Positions 11,566 through 20,691 of a DNA stretch of 64,000 bases are shown here, piece by piece. The number at the start of each line of letters is the position of its first letter. The stretch's first letter is position 1. Position numbers and translations under genes: made by a program. Below the pieces are notes generated by a model, which was not told the origin of the DNA, did no database searches, and saw nothing but the letters and a program-made list of their open reading frames with translations. The DNA comes from Gemmatimonadota bacterium (lineage in GTDB: Bacteria; Gemmatimonadota; Gemmatimonadetes; Palauibacterales; Palauibacteraceae): NCBI GenBank assembly GCA_046758745.1, contig JBHIAV010000011.1, positions 10,952 to 74,951 on the forward strand, read 5' to 3'.

Positions 11566-11781
11566 CTTCTGCACTCCTGTGGCGGGCGACGGCTCCTCGC
11601 GTGCAGGCCTCGGCGCTCCCTCGTCACCCGCGACGTAGTCGGATTCCTGCCCATGCGGACGTACGCATGCGGGGAGCCGGGTGTTTCGACGACGGCCGCG
11701 AGCTTCGAGATCGGGCGCCTGGGGCTGAACGGCAAGCGAGGGTGCCCGCCCGCGGCGCGCCAGGCTATCTTTTGGTGGTTC

Positions 11782-11864
<83 letters not shown>

Positions 11865-11879
11865 TTGGCAGGCAACGTG

Positions 11880-12022
11880 TTGTGGGGCTTCGTCGCCTCC
11901 TCCAGCAACCGCTCCCATACGATCGCGTACCTGTCGAAGATCGAGCGGGTCAGGTGGCCCAATAGGTTCATGGCCACAGTTTCGGAGATACCCGACCGCA
12001 CGAGGTTGACCTGCGCGTGCCC
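11880..12022 (-). pseudogene. Tyrosine recombinase (integrase) C-terminal relic next to the tRNA-Ser 3' end
   Basis: NLVRSGISETVAMNLLGHLTRSIFDRYAIV matches the box II GH...Y catalytic region; HxxR motif and N-terminus are absent. Confidence 0.75.
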
Positions 12023-12075
12023 CGGCTTCTCTTTCGTTTCTCGCTGCTCTGCCGGCGGGGAAGGCGAGGAATCGA

Positions 12076-12861
12076 ATGATCCTGCCGCTCTGGGTCCGAA
12101 AGCGAACCTCGAGAGTCGTCGGTCGTGTGCCCGTTCGGATCCGCTCTGGTCCAAACCGAGGTCTTCGTTGGACCCTTGCGAGTTCAGGAAGGGGGTACTG
12201 GACGGGACAGTTCCAAGAGGAGCAGCTGCAATCACTCCTTGCGCTGGTGCGACCGGGCGATCAGGTGTGGGACATTGGAGCGCACAAGGGATACGTGACT
12301 CTGGCCCTGGCGAGGAAAGTCGGATCGGAGGGAGTGGTGACGGCCTTCGAGCCGTCGGAGATGAACCTGTGGTTTCTGCGGCGCCACATTCGATGGAATG
12401 AGCTGGGGAACGTGCGCGTGATGCCGGTGGCCGTGAGCGATCAGGTGGGACATGACCGGTTTGGCGGGGAGGGAGGAACGGCCACTTTCCGGCTAGGACG
12501 AGGTGACGAGGTGGTGCGGGTGTCGACGATCCGGGGTTTGGTGGAGGAGGAAGGACTGGCGGCGCCCGATGTGCTGAAGATCGATGTTGAAGGCAACGAG
12601 GGGCCGGTGCTGCGGGGAGCGGGTGAGTTGCTGTCGGACGACTTGGTGCTGTTCGTCGCGATTCACGGAAGGGAGCAATACGGAGAGTGCCGGGAGTTGC
12701 TGTTGGCGTCCGGGTATCGCTTGTACGAGTCTCGCGAACTGGCGGTCCGGACGGCGGATCCGGCGCGGCGTTGGGGTGGGGAGGCTGAGCTGGTAGCGGT
12801 GAGTCCGAAGCGAGGAATCCCGGATGAGACGATGAGGAATCTGCCCTTGTTTGCCGGCTAG
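12076..12861 (+). CDS. FkbM family SAM-dependent methyltransferase
   Basis: WDIGAHKGY, V.AFEP, PDVLKIDVEG.E..VL.G. Confidence 0.9.
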   Translation: MILPLWVRKRTSRVVGRVPVRIRSGPNRGLRWTLASSGRGYWTGQFQEEQLQSLLALVRPGDQVWDIGAHKGYVTLALARKVGSEGVVTAFEPSEMNLWFLRRHIRWNELGNVRVMPVAVSDQVGHDRFGGEGGTATFRLGRGDEVVRVSTIRGLVEEEGLAAPDVLKIDVEGNEGPVLRGAGELLSDDLVLFVAIHGREQYGECRELLLASGYRLYESRELAVRTADPARRWGGEAELVAVSPKRGIPDETMRNLPLFAG

Positions 12862-13052
12862 CGACCCACGGAGCCGTACGGAGGTCTTTGCGTCGTGCGC
12901 TTGACCCTCGACTGCAGGACCACAGCCCTCCGTCGAGAGCATGTGCGTGAGAGGAGTTATGACGCGAGCCGAGGCGTGGGAATGGGTTCGCTCACATACC
13001 GCCGCCCCCGCCATGGGGGGCCGTCAGGTGGCGGTCGCCGGCTCGGGATGCC

Positions 13053-13241
13053 ATGAACAGGCGCCTTCAGCCGTTCGCGCACGTCTTTCTCCTCCTCATA
13101 GCCTTGGCTTTCTTTGCCTGGCTGGCGCGCGAGATCTTGGCTGCGGTGGCGATCGCCGTCCTCTTCGTCATTGTACCAGCCGCGCTCGGCCTTGGCATCG
13201 TCTGGGTGGCACGGCACATCATCGAGCGTCGGAAGCGCTGA
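13053..13241 (+). CDS. Small two-TM hypothetical protein
   Basis: 62 aa with two hydrophobic helices and basic termini. Confidence 0.55.
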   Translation: MNRRLQPFAHVFLLLIALAFFAWLAREILAAVAIAVLFVIVPAALGLGIVWVARHIIERRKR

Positions 13242-13384
13242 GCGGAGCGGTGGGCGGTCACAGCAGGCACGATCTCCCGGGCGATGCAGCCATGGAACGG
13301 GTACTGGAGCGAGCGGCTGGGAAGGTATAGTCTGTAGGGTCAATCCGAGCGTCCCAGCAGCTACTGCATGGGGAGGAGGGAGCG

Positions 13385-13798
13385 ATGCCGGACACGGTTC
13401 GCAAAGTCGATTATTACACCACGACCGTAGCTGATAGGCCCGACGAGGGCGCGCGCCTGCTCGGCGTTTTCAGGGAGGCAGGCGTGAACTTCCTCGCGGT
13501 TGACGCATTCCCCAGCGGCGGGGGGGAGTGGCGGGTCGATCTCGTGCCGGAGGACCGGGATGCGTTCCTAGCTGCGGCTGAGAAATCCGGCATCGGGCTG
13601 AGCGGTGCCAAGGCCGCTTTCCTCCTCGACGGGGAGGACCGGGTCGGTGCCACGGCAGACACCCTGGGGAGGCTTGGGACGGAGGGGATCAACGTGACGG
13701 CGGTGACCTCCATCGTCACGGGCGGCCGTTACGGCACGCTGCTGTGGGTCAAGCCTGCGGACATGGAGAGGGCCGCGACGACCCTGGGGGCGAAGTAA
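13385..13798 (+). CDS. Tandem ACT-domain protein
   Basis: DRPDEGARLL..F.EAGVNF and DRVGA.A..L..L...GINV; strong GGAGG RBS. Confidence 0.8.
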   Translation: MPDTVRKVDYYTTTVADRPDEGARLLGVFREAGVNFLAVDAFPSGGGEWRVDLVPEDRDAFLAAAEKSGIGLSGAKAAFLLDGEDRVGATADTLGRLGTEGINVTAVTSIVTGGRYGTLLWVKPADMERAATTLGAK

Positions 13799-14061
13799 CC
13801 CCGCTCGAAGTACGTCCCCCCGTCGGCATCCCGGCGAGACCTGAGCTCCGACAGGACATGGTGATCCAGCAGAGCTCTCGTTGAGCCGGTTCCCGGCGCC
13901 AACGGCAATGGGTCCCTGCGGGTCGGCGTCACAACCCCCGGCCACCACAGCTGACTTGGCCACACACCGGCTGAGTCCTGACGCGGAGCCACCTGATCGG
14001 GCGACCCCCCCGGGTTGGCATTCGATGAGCTTGTGAGGCGACGCTGCCAGACCTTCACGAA

Positions 14062-14997
14062 GTGATCCACGCCGAGCTGCAGGACCGCTACGCCCTCGAG
14101 GGCGAGCTCGGGCGCGGGGGAATGGCCACCGTCTTCCTGGTTCGGGACCGGAAGCACGACCGACAGGTGGCCCTCAAGGTCCTCGATCCGGAACTCACCT
14201 CGACCGTGGGTCCGAGGCGGTTCAAGCGCGAGATCCGCTTCACGGCCCGGCTCCAGCACGCACACATCCTTCCTCTTCTCGACTCGGGGGTCGCCGGCCA
14301 TCTTCTCTACTACGTGACGCCGTACGTGAAGGGAGAGACGCTGCGGGAGCGGATCGCGCGCGGTGGACCGCTTCCGCTCGAAGAGGCGATTCGCATCGCC
14401 ATGGACGTGGCGGCCGCTCTCGACTATGCGCACCGCCAGGGGATCGTCCACCGCGACATCAAGCCCGAGAACATTCTTCTCTCGGACCAGCAGGCGATGG
14501 TCACCGACTTCGGGATCGCCCGGGCCATGAGCCCGGAGGGCGATCCCGGGATCACCGCAACGGGCGGTGTCGTCGGGACGCTCGCCTATATGAGTCCGGA
14601 GCAGGCGGTGGGTTCCCGAAAGGTGGATGGGCGCGCGGATGTGTACAGCCTCGCCTGCGTGCTGTACGAGATGCTGGTCGGCCGCCCTCCCTTCGTCGAC
14701 GCGACCACGGAGGGCGTTCTTCGCAAGCACCTGTATGAGACCCCTCCGCCGATCGAGGGTGCTCGCCCCGACGTGCCGGCGCCGATCCGGCGCGCGCTGG
14801 CCGCGGCGCTCGCCAAAGCCCCGGCGTCCCGGACTCGGACGGCGGCGGAGTTCGCTCGCGCGCTCGGGGCGACGGACGCGCCGGCCGGCCGGCTGAGGGC
14901 GTCGCTCTCCGGAGGCGGCGTTTGGCGTCTCGCGCCGGTCGCCGCTCTCCTCCTCGCCCTTGCGGCGCTCGCGGCGTGGAGGGCCTGCGCGGCATGA
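14062..14997 (+). CDS. Hanks-type Ser/Thr protein kinase with a C-terminal TM segment
   Basis: LGRGGMATV, VALK, HRDIKPENI, DFG, YMSPEQ, DVYSL. Confidence 0.93.
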   Translation: MIHAELQDRYALEGELGRGGMATVFLVRDRKHDRQVALKVLDPELTSTVGPRRFKREIRFTARLQHAHILPLLDSGVAGHLLYYVTPYVKGETLRERIARGGPLPLEEAIRIAMDVAAALDYAHRQGIVHRDIKPENILLSDQQAMVTDFGIARAMSPEGDPGITATGGVVGTLAYMSPEQAVGSRKVDGRADVYSLACVLYEMLVGRPPFVDATTEGVLRKHLYETPPPIEGARPDVPAPIRRALAAALAKAPASRTRTAAEFARALGATDAPAGRLRASLSGGGVWRLAPVAALLLALAALAAWRACAA

Positions 14998-15308
14998 GCT
15001 GCGGCACCCCGCCGGGAGCCGCTTTCCAGCGCGGACGCCCGCATCCCGAACTTCGTCGCGGCCGGAGCGACATGGAGGAGTCGAGCAACGTCATCGTGTC
15101 CGAGCCATACGCGCGATGCGCAGGTGTGACGGGAATGACCAACGAGCCCCTTTCTCTCTACTCGACGATGGAAATCTACCGTGGATCCGCGACCGGTACG
15201 AGCCACCAGGCGGGGCGTTGTAGCGCGCGACGCGTCCCGGTATCGTTGCCCGGCCGAGCGCGGGTCGCCGAGCCCGCCGAGCAGCCCTTCGCAAGGAAGC
15301 CAGACGCC

Positions 15309-16133
15309 ATGGAAGCGAACCCGCCGGTCGCGATTCTGGGAGTCGGCAACATAGGTCGGGCGATAGCGGTGGGACTGGTCGGCGCCGGCCGTTACGAGCC
15401 CGGGCAACTCATCTTGACCCGCCGGAAGGTCCACCTCCTCCAGGACCTGGCCGAACGAGGTTTCCACACGCAGGCCGACAACCGGGACGCGGTGCGACGT
15501 GCCGAGACCGTGATCCTGGCTGTGGAGCCGCAGCAGCTCGATGCTCTGCTGGCCGAGGTCGCTCCCGAGATCGTGGCCGACCGGCACCTGCTGATCTCGG
15601 TCGTGTCCGGCGCCGGCATAGAGCAGATCCTCCGCCAGCTGGGAGTCGGAGTGCCGGTGGTGCGAGCGATGCCCAACACCGCCATCGCGATCCGAAGTTC
15701 CATGACCTGCCTGGCGGCTCGACCGGGGCAGGAAGCGGCTCTCGAGCGCGCGGCTTCGATCTTCGGAGCGGTCGGGATGACGCTCGTCATCGACGAGGAG
15801 CAGATGATCCCCGCCACGGCTCTATGCGCCTGCGGCATTGCGTTCTTCCTGCGGGCCGTCCGGGCGGCCTCGCAGGGCGGCATCGAGATCGGCTTTCATC
15901 CGGAGGAGGCGCTGACGATGGCCGCCCAGACGGCGCTCGGCGCAGCCTCGCTCCTCCTGCGGCACGACCGTCATCCGGAGCGCGAGATCGACGCCGTGAC
16001 GACGCCGCGCGGCTGTACGATCTCGGGACTGAACGAGATGGAGCACCAGGGCTTCAGCTCCGCGATGATCAAGGGGATCGTCATCTCGGCGGAGAAGGCG
16101 GCGCACCTGTACGCGGGCCCCTCGCTGGCCTGA
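15309..16133 (+). CDS. proC: Pyrroline-5-carboxylate reductase
   Basis: ILGVGNIG, VRAMPNT, V.TPRG.TI.GL..ME; start set at ATG 15309. Confidence 0.92.
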   Translation: MEANPPVAILGVGNIGRAIAVGLVGAGRYEPGQLILTRRKVHLLQDLAERGFHTQADNRDAVRRAETVILAVEPQQLDALLAEVAPEIVADRHLLISVVSGAGIEQILRQLGVGVPVVRAMPNTAIAIRSSMTCLAARPGQEAALERAASIFGAVGMTLVIDEEQMIPATALCACGIAFFLRAVRAASQGGIEIGFHPEEALTMAAQTALGAASLLLRHDRHPEREIDAVTTPRGCTISGLNEMEHQGFSSAMIKGIVISAEKAAHLYAGPSLA

Positions 16134-16173
16134 GGCGTGCTCCGGCAGGTCGGCGCACGCTTGGAGGAAGAAC

Positions 16174-16542
16174 TTGACTGAAGAAGACAGGGCGACGAGA
16201 GAGGAAGAAGCGGCCACGGCGGCCGAGACTTGGCTGCGGCTGGTGGACGCCGGCAGGTACCCGGAGAGCTGGGACGAGGCTGCTCCATACCTTCAGGGGT
16301 TCGTGGACCGAGATCGACTTGCACGGCAGCTCCGCGCCGCCAGGGAGCCGCTCGGCGCCCTCCGGGCACGGAAGCTGGCGTCGGCCCTCTACGCCACCTC
16401 GCTCCCGGGTGCGCCCGACGGGGAGTACGTGGTGTTGCAGTACGAGACCAGCTTCGAGAACAAACGCTCGGCCGTGGAGACGGTCACCCCGATGCGGGCC
16501 GCAGACGGCGGCTGGAAGGTGTCCGGCTACTACATCAAATGA
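16174..16542 (+). CDS. DUF4019 domain protein
   Basis: WL.LVD.G.Y..SW, LPGAPDGEYVV.QY.T.F.NK..AVETVT, WKVSGYYIK. Confidence 0.85.
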   Translation: MTEEDRATREEEAATAAETWLRLVDAGRYPESWDEAAPYLQGFVDRDRLARQLRAAREPLGALRARKLASALYATSLPGAPDGEYVVLQYETSFENKRSAVETVTPMRAADGGWKVSGYYIK

Positions 16543-16593
16543 CCTCGCATCCGCGACTGGCGCGGCGCCAGCCGCAAGCCTAGCCTTCTGCGC

Positions 16594-17352
16594 ATGACGC
16601 CCTGGGTCGGTCAGCTCATATTCGCCAACGTGGTGATGTATGTTTTGAGCATCGCCTTTCCGGCGCTCGTCGGAGACCTGGCCTTCATGCCGGCCCTCGT
16701 CCTCTCCCGTCCGTGGACTCCCTTGACCTATATGTTTCTCCACGCCGGGGTGTGGCACCTCTTCTTCAATATGATCGCGCTGTTCTTCTTCGGGCCCCGG
16801 CTCGAGGTGCGTTTGGGCGGCCCGCGCTTCCTCCGGCTCTACTTCATAAGCGGGCTGATGGGAGCGGGTCTGTCGGTCCTCACGCCGTTTGCGACGATCG
16901 TCGGCGCTTCGGGCGCCGTGTTCGGCGTCCTCCTCGGGTTCGCCCGGTACTGGCCGCACGAGCGGATCTACATCTGGGGGGTGCTGCCGATCGAGGCGCG
17001 GGTCCTGGTGATCGCGATGACCGTCCTGGCGTTGTGGGGCGGCTTCGGCGGGTCGAGGGACGGCATCGCCCACTTCGCGCACCTCGGCGGCTTTCTCGGC
17101 GGATACCTCTACCTGCGCTACACGGAGGCTACGTCACCGGCCCGGAACTTCCGCCAGCGCGCGACGGTGACCCTGAGCGCGAAGATCAGCGACGGAAGAA
17201 ACCTGCAGCGCTGGTCGCAGATCGATCGGGACAGCCTGCACGAGGCCAACCGCGACGAGCTGGATCGCATACTGGAGAAGATCCGGGTGAGCGGGACCTC
17301 CAGCCTCACGCTGCGCGAGCGGGAGTTCCTCGATCGGTTCAGTGCAGGATAG
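16594..17352 (+). CDS. Rhomboid family intramembrane serine protease
   Basis: TYMFLH...HLFFNM, GASG, AHFAHLGG; C-terminal LDRILEKI...G..SLT..E tail. Confidence 0.92.
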   Translation: MTPWVGQLIFANVVMYVLSIAFPALVGDLAFMPALVLSRPWTPLTYMFLHAGVWHLFFNMIALFFFGPRLEVRLGGPRFLRLYFISGLMGAGLSVLTPFATIVGASGAVFGVLLGFARYWPHERIYIWGVLPIEARVLVIAMTVLALWGGFGGSRDGIAHFAHLGGFLGGYLYLRYTEATSPARNFRQRATVTLSAKISDGRNLQRWSQIDRDSLHEANRDELDRILEKIRVSGTSSLTLREREFLDRFSAG

Positions 17353-17396
17353 CCGGAGAGAAAGCGCCCGTCGTCGGGCCTCTGCGCGAGGCTGCC

Positions 17397-18446
17397 TCAG
17401 GCGCGGCGTGCGTTCAGGCAGAGCGTCCCGTGCCCGGCACGGCAGCGGCACGGCCCTAGACCCGCGGCCCCCGGATCCCGACCGTCGAGGAACGGAAGGA
17501 CGAGCTCGGCCAGCACGGCGGCGAACCGGGGGTCATCGTGTGGCACGGGCACCCGGTGGAACGCCAGGCCGCGCTCCTCCGCCTCGGCCCGCAGCTCGAG
17601 ATCCAGCTCGGCGAGCGTCTCCGACTGCTCGTGCATGAAGCTGATCGGCACCACCACGATCCTGGCCGCTTCGATGCACGCGATCAGATGTTCGTTGTCG
17701 GGCTGCGTCCACGGGATGTTACGGTTGCCGTGGTTCTGGAAGCCGATGACGTAGCGATCCACCCCGAGCGCCTCCGCGACCAGGCGGCAGCTCTCCTCCA
17801 CGTAGCGATCGTATGGCACGCCGCCCGCCAGGTATCGAAGCGGCGTCCCGTGTGCCGAGAAGTAAAGGAGCGTCTCCTCATCGCGAAGGTCGAGGTCCGA
17901 CGCCGCCGCGAAGGCACGGATGCCATCGGCCCGGAGGCGCACGTACCCCGGGTGCGTGTGCCAGCCGCTCACCTCGAAAAGCTCGATCCCGGCCGCCACC
18001 TCCCGGACGGCGGCGGCGAGCTCGGCCAACGCGGCCACCGTCGTCGAGGCCCCGCACAGCGGGTACACGGGGAGTCCGACCAGCCTCCGGATGCCCTCTG
18101 CGTTCGCCCGGCGGACCGCGCTTCGAATGGATGGCTCGGTGAACTGCATCCCCACGTAGGTCGCCACCCGGAACCCGCGGTCGCGGAGCTCGGCCCGCAG
18201 CGCATCCGCCTGGGCGGAGGCCTGCCGATTCAGTGGCGAGCCGCCGATCCGTTCGTACTCCGCGATGAGCCCGGGCGCCCTGCGCGCCGCCAGCTCGCGG
18301 CCGTGGCGTCGCCGCTCCTCCTCGGAGGTGCCCTCCTCTAGCGACGAGTTGATCCAGAAGATGCGCTCCAGGTAGGGGATGACGGCCGCGGGCGTCGCCA
18401 CCTCCGGCTCTCCGAAGTTGAGAAGGACAATCCCGGTCCTCATCAT
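17397..18446 (-). CDS. hemH: Ferrochelatase
   Basis: VLLNFGEP, Y..IGGSPL, FSAHGTP, W..P, PISF..E.SETL.ELD; coupled to hemE. Confidence 0.9.
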   Translation of the reverse strand: MMRTGIVLLNFGEPEVATPAAVIPYLERIFWINSSLEEGTSEEERRRHGRELAARRAPGLIAEYERIGGSPLNRQASAQADALRAELRDRGFRVATYVGMQFTEPSIRSAVRRANAEGIRRLVGLPVYPLCGASTTVAALAELAAAVREVAAGIELFEVSGWHTHPGYVRLRADGIRAFAAASDLDLRDEETLLYFSAHGTPLRYLAGGVPYDRYVEESCRLVAEALGVDRYVIGFQNHGNRNIPWTQPDNEHLIACIEAARIVVVPISFMHEQSETLAELDLELRAEAEERGLAFHRVPVPHDDPRFAAVLAELVLPFLDGRDPGAAGLGPCRCRAGHGTLCLNARRA

Positions 18447-19486
18447 TGTTCCGCCGTCGCTGTTCGGGCGGAGCCGAAGCTGTGGACCTCCTCCACCACC
18501 CTGCGCACCACGGAGGGGTCCGTGTCCGGAAGGATCCCGTGTCCCAGGTTGAAGACGTGACCGGGCCGCCCGCCGACCCGTTGCAGGATCTCCCGCGTCT
18601 CACGCACCGCCGTCTCAGGGCCGGCAAGCAGGGCCGCCGGATCGAGGTTGCCCTGGATCGCCTTCTCCTTTCCGATCGCCTCCCATGCCTCGTCGATGGG
18701 AAGTCGCCAATCCACGCCGATGCCGTCTCCTCCGGCCCGGGCAATGAGGGGAAGGAGGGCCGGGTTGCCGGTGAAGAAGTGGATGGTTGGCACTCCTGCC
18801 TCCTCGAGACGGCGGAAGAGCGACCGGCTGAACGGCGCCACGTGGGACTCGTAGTCACCGGTTGAGAGGCTTCCGGCCCACGAGTCGAACACCTGGACCG
18901 CCGAGGCCCCCGCTTCGTGCTGCGCTACCGCGTACTCCGCCAGATGGTGCGTCCAGAAGGCCAGGAGCCGTTCCCACGCGGCCGGCTCCCGCCACATGAG
19001 CCGCTTCGCCGCGTCGATCCTCCGGGCTCGAGGGCCCGGCATCAGGTAGGAAGAGAGGGTGAAAGGAGCCCCGACGAAACCGATCAGCGGAACGTCGAGC
19101 CGCTCCACGAGAATGCCGATCGTCTCGAGGGTGAAGTCGAGCGCCTCGCGGGGATCGAACGGCCTCAGCCGAGCGATGTCGTCCGGGGACTCGACCGGGT
19201 GCTCCACCACCGGTCCCGCTCCGGGCATCATCTCCACTGCGAGGCCGGCCGCGACGAAAGGGACGGACAGGTCGCTGTACAGAACGGCCGCGTCCACCGA
19301 ATAGTACTCGAACGGCAGCATGGTCACCTCCGCGGCCGCCTCGGGATCGCGGAGGAGGGTGAACATCTCCTCCCCGCGGCGGAACTCCCTGTAGCGGGGG
19401 AGGGAGCGACCCGCCTGTCGCATGAACCATACGGGCGTCCGGTCGACGGGCTCGAGGCGCAGCGCGCGGAGGAGGCGATCGTTCAC
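18443..19486 (-). CDS. hemE: Uroporphyrinogen decarboxylase
   Basis: PVWFMRQAGR, IGFVGAPFTL, QVFDSW, QGNLDP, FNLGHGI. Confidence 0.96.
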   Translation of the reverse strand: MNDRLLRALRLEPVDRTPVWFMRQAGRSLPRYREFRRGEEMFTLLRDPEAAAEVTMLPFEYYSVDAAVLYSDLSVPFVAAGLAVEMMPGAGPVVEHPVESPDDIARLRPFDPREALDFTLETIGILVERLDVPLIGFVGAPFTLSSYLMPGPRARRIDAAKRLMWREPAAWERLLAFWTHHLAEYAVAQHEAGASAVQVFDSWAGSLSTGDYESHVAPFSRSLFRRLEEAGVPTIHFFTGNPALLPLIARAGGDGIGVDWRLPIDEAWEAIGKEKAIQGNLDPAALLAGPETAVRETREILQRVGGRPGHVFNLGHGILPDTDPSVVRRVVEEVHSFGSARTATAEQ

Positions 19487-19886
19487 GGATCGACGCGATC
19501 GCGCAGAAAACGTGGCCCCGTAGTCGGCCCGCGGGTGGAGCGGTGGACGCCGTTCGGTGGTTGCATGGCGGTCCGCATGATGTTCGTCCTGCCCCGAGCC
19601 GACAAGTCAGGCCGTGGCCCGCGGGCAATGTACGGCTGCTCGCTCCGAGGATCCGGGGGCTCGCCCGAGCGGGGGAGCAGGTGCTGTCGCCGCGGAGGGT
19701 CGGGTGGTCCCACCGGCCGTTCCCCAGGAGAGGATCGACGTCGATTATCCCGCCGTAAACAAATAGCCTATGATGAGTTTGCTCGTGTCGATTCTCCCCG
19801 TTGGCTTGCGGCCCGCGACGGCGGTGGGGTAGGCGGCAGGCGCCGCCTCCGGCTCCCTGGCACGGTTCCTTCATGATGGGAGGGGT

Positions 19887-20144
19887 ATGCACCGATCTCG
19901 GGACGTGACCACAGAGCCCTCCGCGCCGGACGTCGGCGCCGCCTCGCCGCCCGGCGAGCGGCGTGGAGCGACCGGCCGGAGCTGGGCGGGAGGGCCCGAG
20001 ACGCCGATCCAGGAGGCGGTAGCGCGACGGTCGTTGCTGCTCGCGGGGCTCACCGTTCTGGGAGTCGTCCTCCTCGCTCTTCACCTCGGCCGCCGCCTCA
20101 TCGAGGCTGTCTCCTCCTTCCAGTCGAGTCTGATCTCTCCGTAG
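19887..20144 (+). CDS. Small single-TM hypothetical protein
   Basis: GGGAGGGG RBS, C-terminal hydrophobic helix, followed by a hairpin at 20149-20182. Confidence 0.45.
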   Translation: MHRSRDVTTEPSAPDVGAASPPGERRGATGRSWAGGPETPIQEAVARRSLLLAGLTVLGVVLLALHLGRRLIEAVSSFQSSLISP

Positions 20145-20357
20145 AGATCCGATGGTTCGGGGGGCGAACGGAGAACCGTCGGGCTATTCTGTTGGCGACG
20201 ACACGCCATGCCGCCCGCGTGAAAGGCGACGAGCGCCTACCCTCGGCCGCCGGCCTGGAAGGCCTGCCGGACGAGGGTGCCGCGCACCCCGGGGTCGCCC
20301 CGGGCCGCCGGCTACCCGATCGGAAGAAGCCGGTCGAAGAGGAACAGAGGTCTGCCC

Positions 20358-20642
20358 ATGCGAACGCAGATCAGCACCCGGCGCTGCGAGCTCACGGAGG
20401 AGCTTCGGGCACGTGCAGAGGAGTTGGCGGCTGCGCTGGCCGCCGACCAACCGGGCTTCACCTTCGCCAAGTACATGTTCGATGAGTCTCCGGAAAAGCG
20501 GACGGTCTCCGCCGTGTTCGCCGTCTCGGACGACGATTCCCTGGTGGGTTACGCGGAGGCCTCAGAGTGGGAGGCGGCGCTCCGCGAACTCGAGGGGAAG
20601 CTGCGCCGCCAGCTGGAGGCGAGAAACGCCGACGCGCGGTGA
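20358..20642 (+). CDS. Divergent HPF/RaiA-like (ribosome hibernation fold) protein
   Basis: MRTQISTRRCELTEELRARAEE at the N-terminus and AEASEWEAALRELEGKLRRQL at the C-terminus match the HPF pattern; 94 aa. Confidence 0.55.
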   Translation: MRTQISTRRCELTEELRARAEELAAALAADQPGFTFAKYMFDESPEKRTVSAVFAVSDDDSLVGYAEASEWEAALRELEGKLRRQLEARNADAR

Positions 20643-20691
20643 GGCGGACAGGGCGGACCGGTTACGGACCGGCAAAGACGGGCCGACCCGC

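Noticed and set aside
12926..12933. attR copy of the tRNA-Ser 3' end (ccctccgt)
   Set aside because: An 8-bp match is expected by chance in DNA this GC-rich.
12959..13000. MTRAEAWEWVRSHT, resembling the N-terminus of an HD-domain protein
   Set aside because: Too short, RBS spacing is poor, and the similarity does not continue.
19859..19874. Sigma-54 promoter (TGGCACG...) before ORF 19887
   Set aside because: It has TC instead of the -12 GC, and the implied start would leave no room for the RBS.
19887..20144. Flp/Tad pilin (RRGAT motif plus a hydrophobic helix)
   Set aside because: It lacks the Glu/Tyr at +5/+6 after the putative cleavage Gly, and the hydrophobic helix is too far downstream.
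20232..20277. glmS ribozyme (AGCGCC...GACGAGG) or fluoride riboswitch
   Set aside because: Only short words match; the remaining conserved core and the expected downstream genes are absent.
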